A stretch of DNA of 63,327 nt, the filler included, from Ionaspis alba (Eukaryota): the NCBI GenBank assembly GCA_964255285.1. It is 16 parts of 16 records of this genome, joined end to end, with 100 filler letters (N's around TTAATTAATTAA, not from the genome) between each part and the next. Parts side by side here need not be neighbours in the genome. Positions count along the whole stretch, not along the records: positions 59,575 to 63,327 come from CAXUUL010001171.1; 15 more parts are not named here. One strand, 5' to 3'. Each line of letters begins with the position of its first letter. Position 1 is the stretch's first letter. Shown in pieces: positions 63,221-63,327 of the stretch. The notes under the pieces are model-generated. The model saw nothing but the letters and a program-made list of their open reading frames with translations. It had not been told where the DNA came from and did not search any database. Made by a program: the position numbers and the translations under genes.

Positions 63221-63327
63221 TATGGGTTGGGTTGGGTTTTAAAAGCCAAAACCCAACCCATAATAAAATAGATTTTGGGGTGGGTTTATAAGGTAAAATA
63301 AATTTACAAAATAAATTTTTAATAAAT
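63221..63327. repeat. GGGTT/AACCC inverted-repeat element running into AT-rich sequence; probable degenerate DNA-transposon terminus
   Basis: Perfect 13-bp inverted repeat TGGGTTGGGTTTT (63228-63240) / AAAACCCAACCCA (63248-63260) with a 7-nt spacer, followed by very AT-rich sequence to the contig end. Confidence 0.5.

Noticed and set aside
63224..63260. Telomere at the window end
   Set aside because: The unit is GGGTT (5 bp) in an inverted arrangement with few copies, not a tandem TTAGGG tract.

Overview
Intron-rich genomic DNA from a filamentous ascomycete (Pezizomycotina; genus not determinable). The window is not one locus. It is 16 unrelated contigs of 3,927 down to 3,753 bp, sorted by decreasing length and joined by an artificial 100-bp spacer (N44-TTAATTAATTAA-N44), so gene adjacency is meaningful only within a contig and many genes are truncated. 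About 28 coding regions are recognisable. Most are housekeeping: HSD17B10-like SDR, sdh4, MPP-beta, Brl1/Brr6, pterin-4a-carbinolamine dehydratase, erg25, Ral2/Mds3, Tls1/C9orf78, ung1, a SET methyltransferase, 3-hydroxybutyryl-CoA dehydrogenase, a Fun19-like SWIRM protein, TRAPPC11, ltv1 and psk1. Accessory genes include a divergent Soa1/AstA sulfonate transporter + TauD/Jlp1 dioxygenase pair, an F-box protein, a CYP7-like P450 and an atypical kinase. The most unusual items are: (1) a HeLo-like N-terminal domain fused to a whole but catalytically degenerate class III G-alpha domain, with frameshifts/stop in its 3' part (53758-55604); (2) four to five copies of a 13-bp inverted HMG-box-type motif upstream of an orphan Arg/Cys-leader gene (28509-28660); (3) a dense hairpin array at 20281-20700; (4) a recurrent C-rich to G-rich sense-strand switch, mostly toward gene 3' ends. 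Family assignments come from recalled motifs, not database searches.
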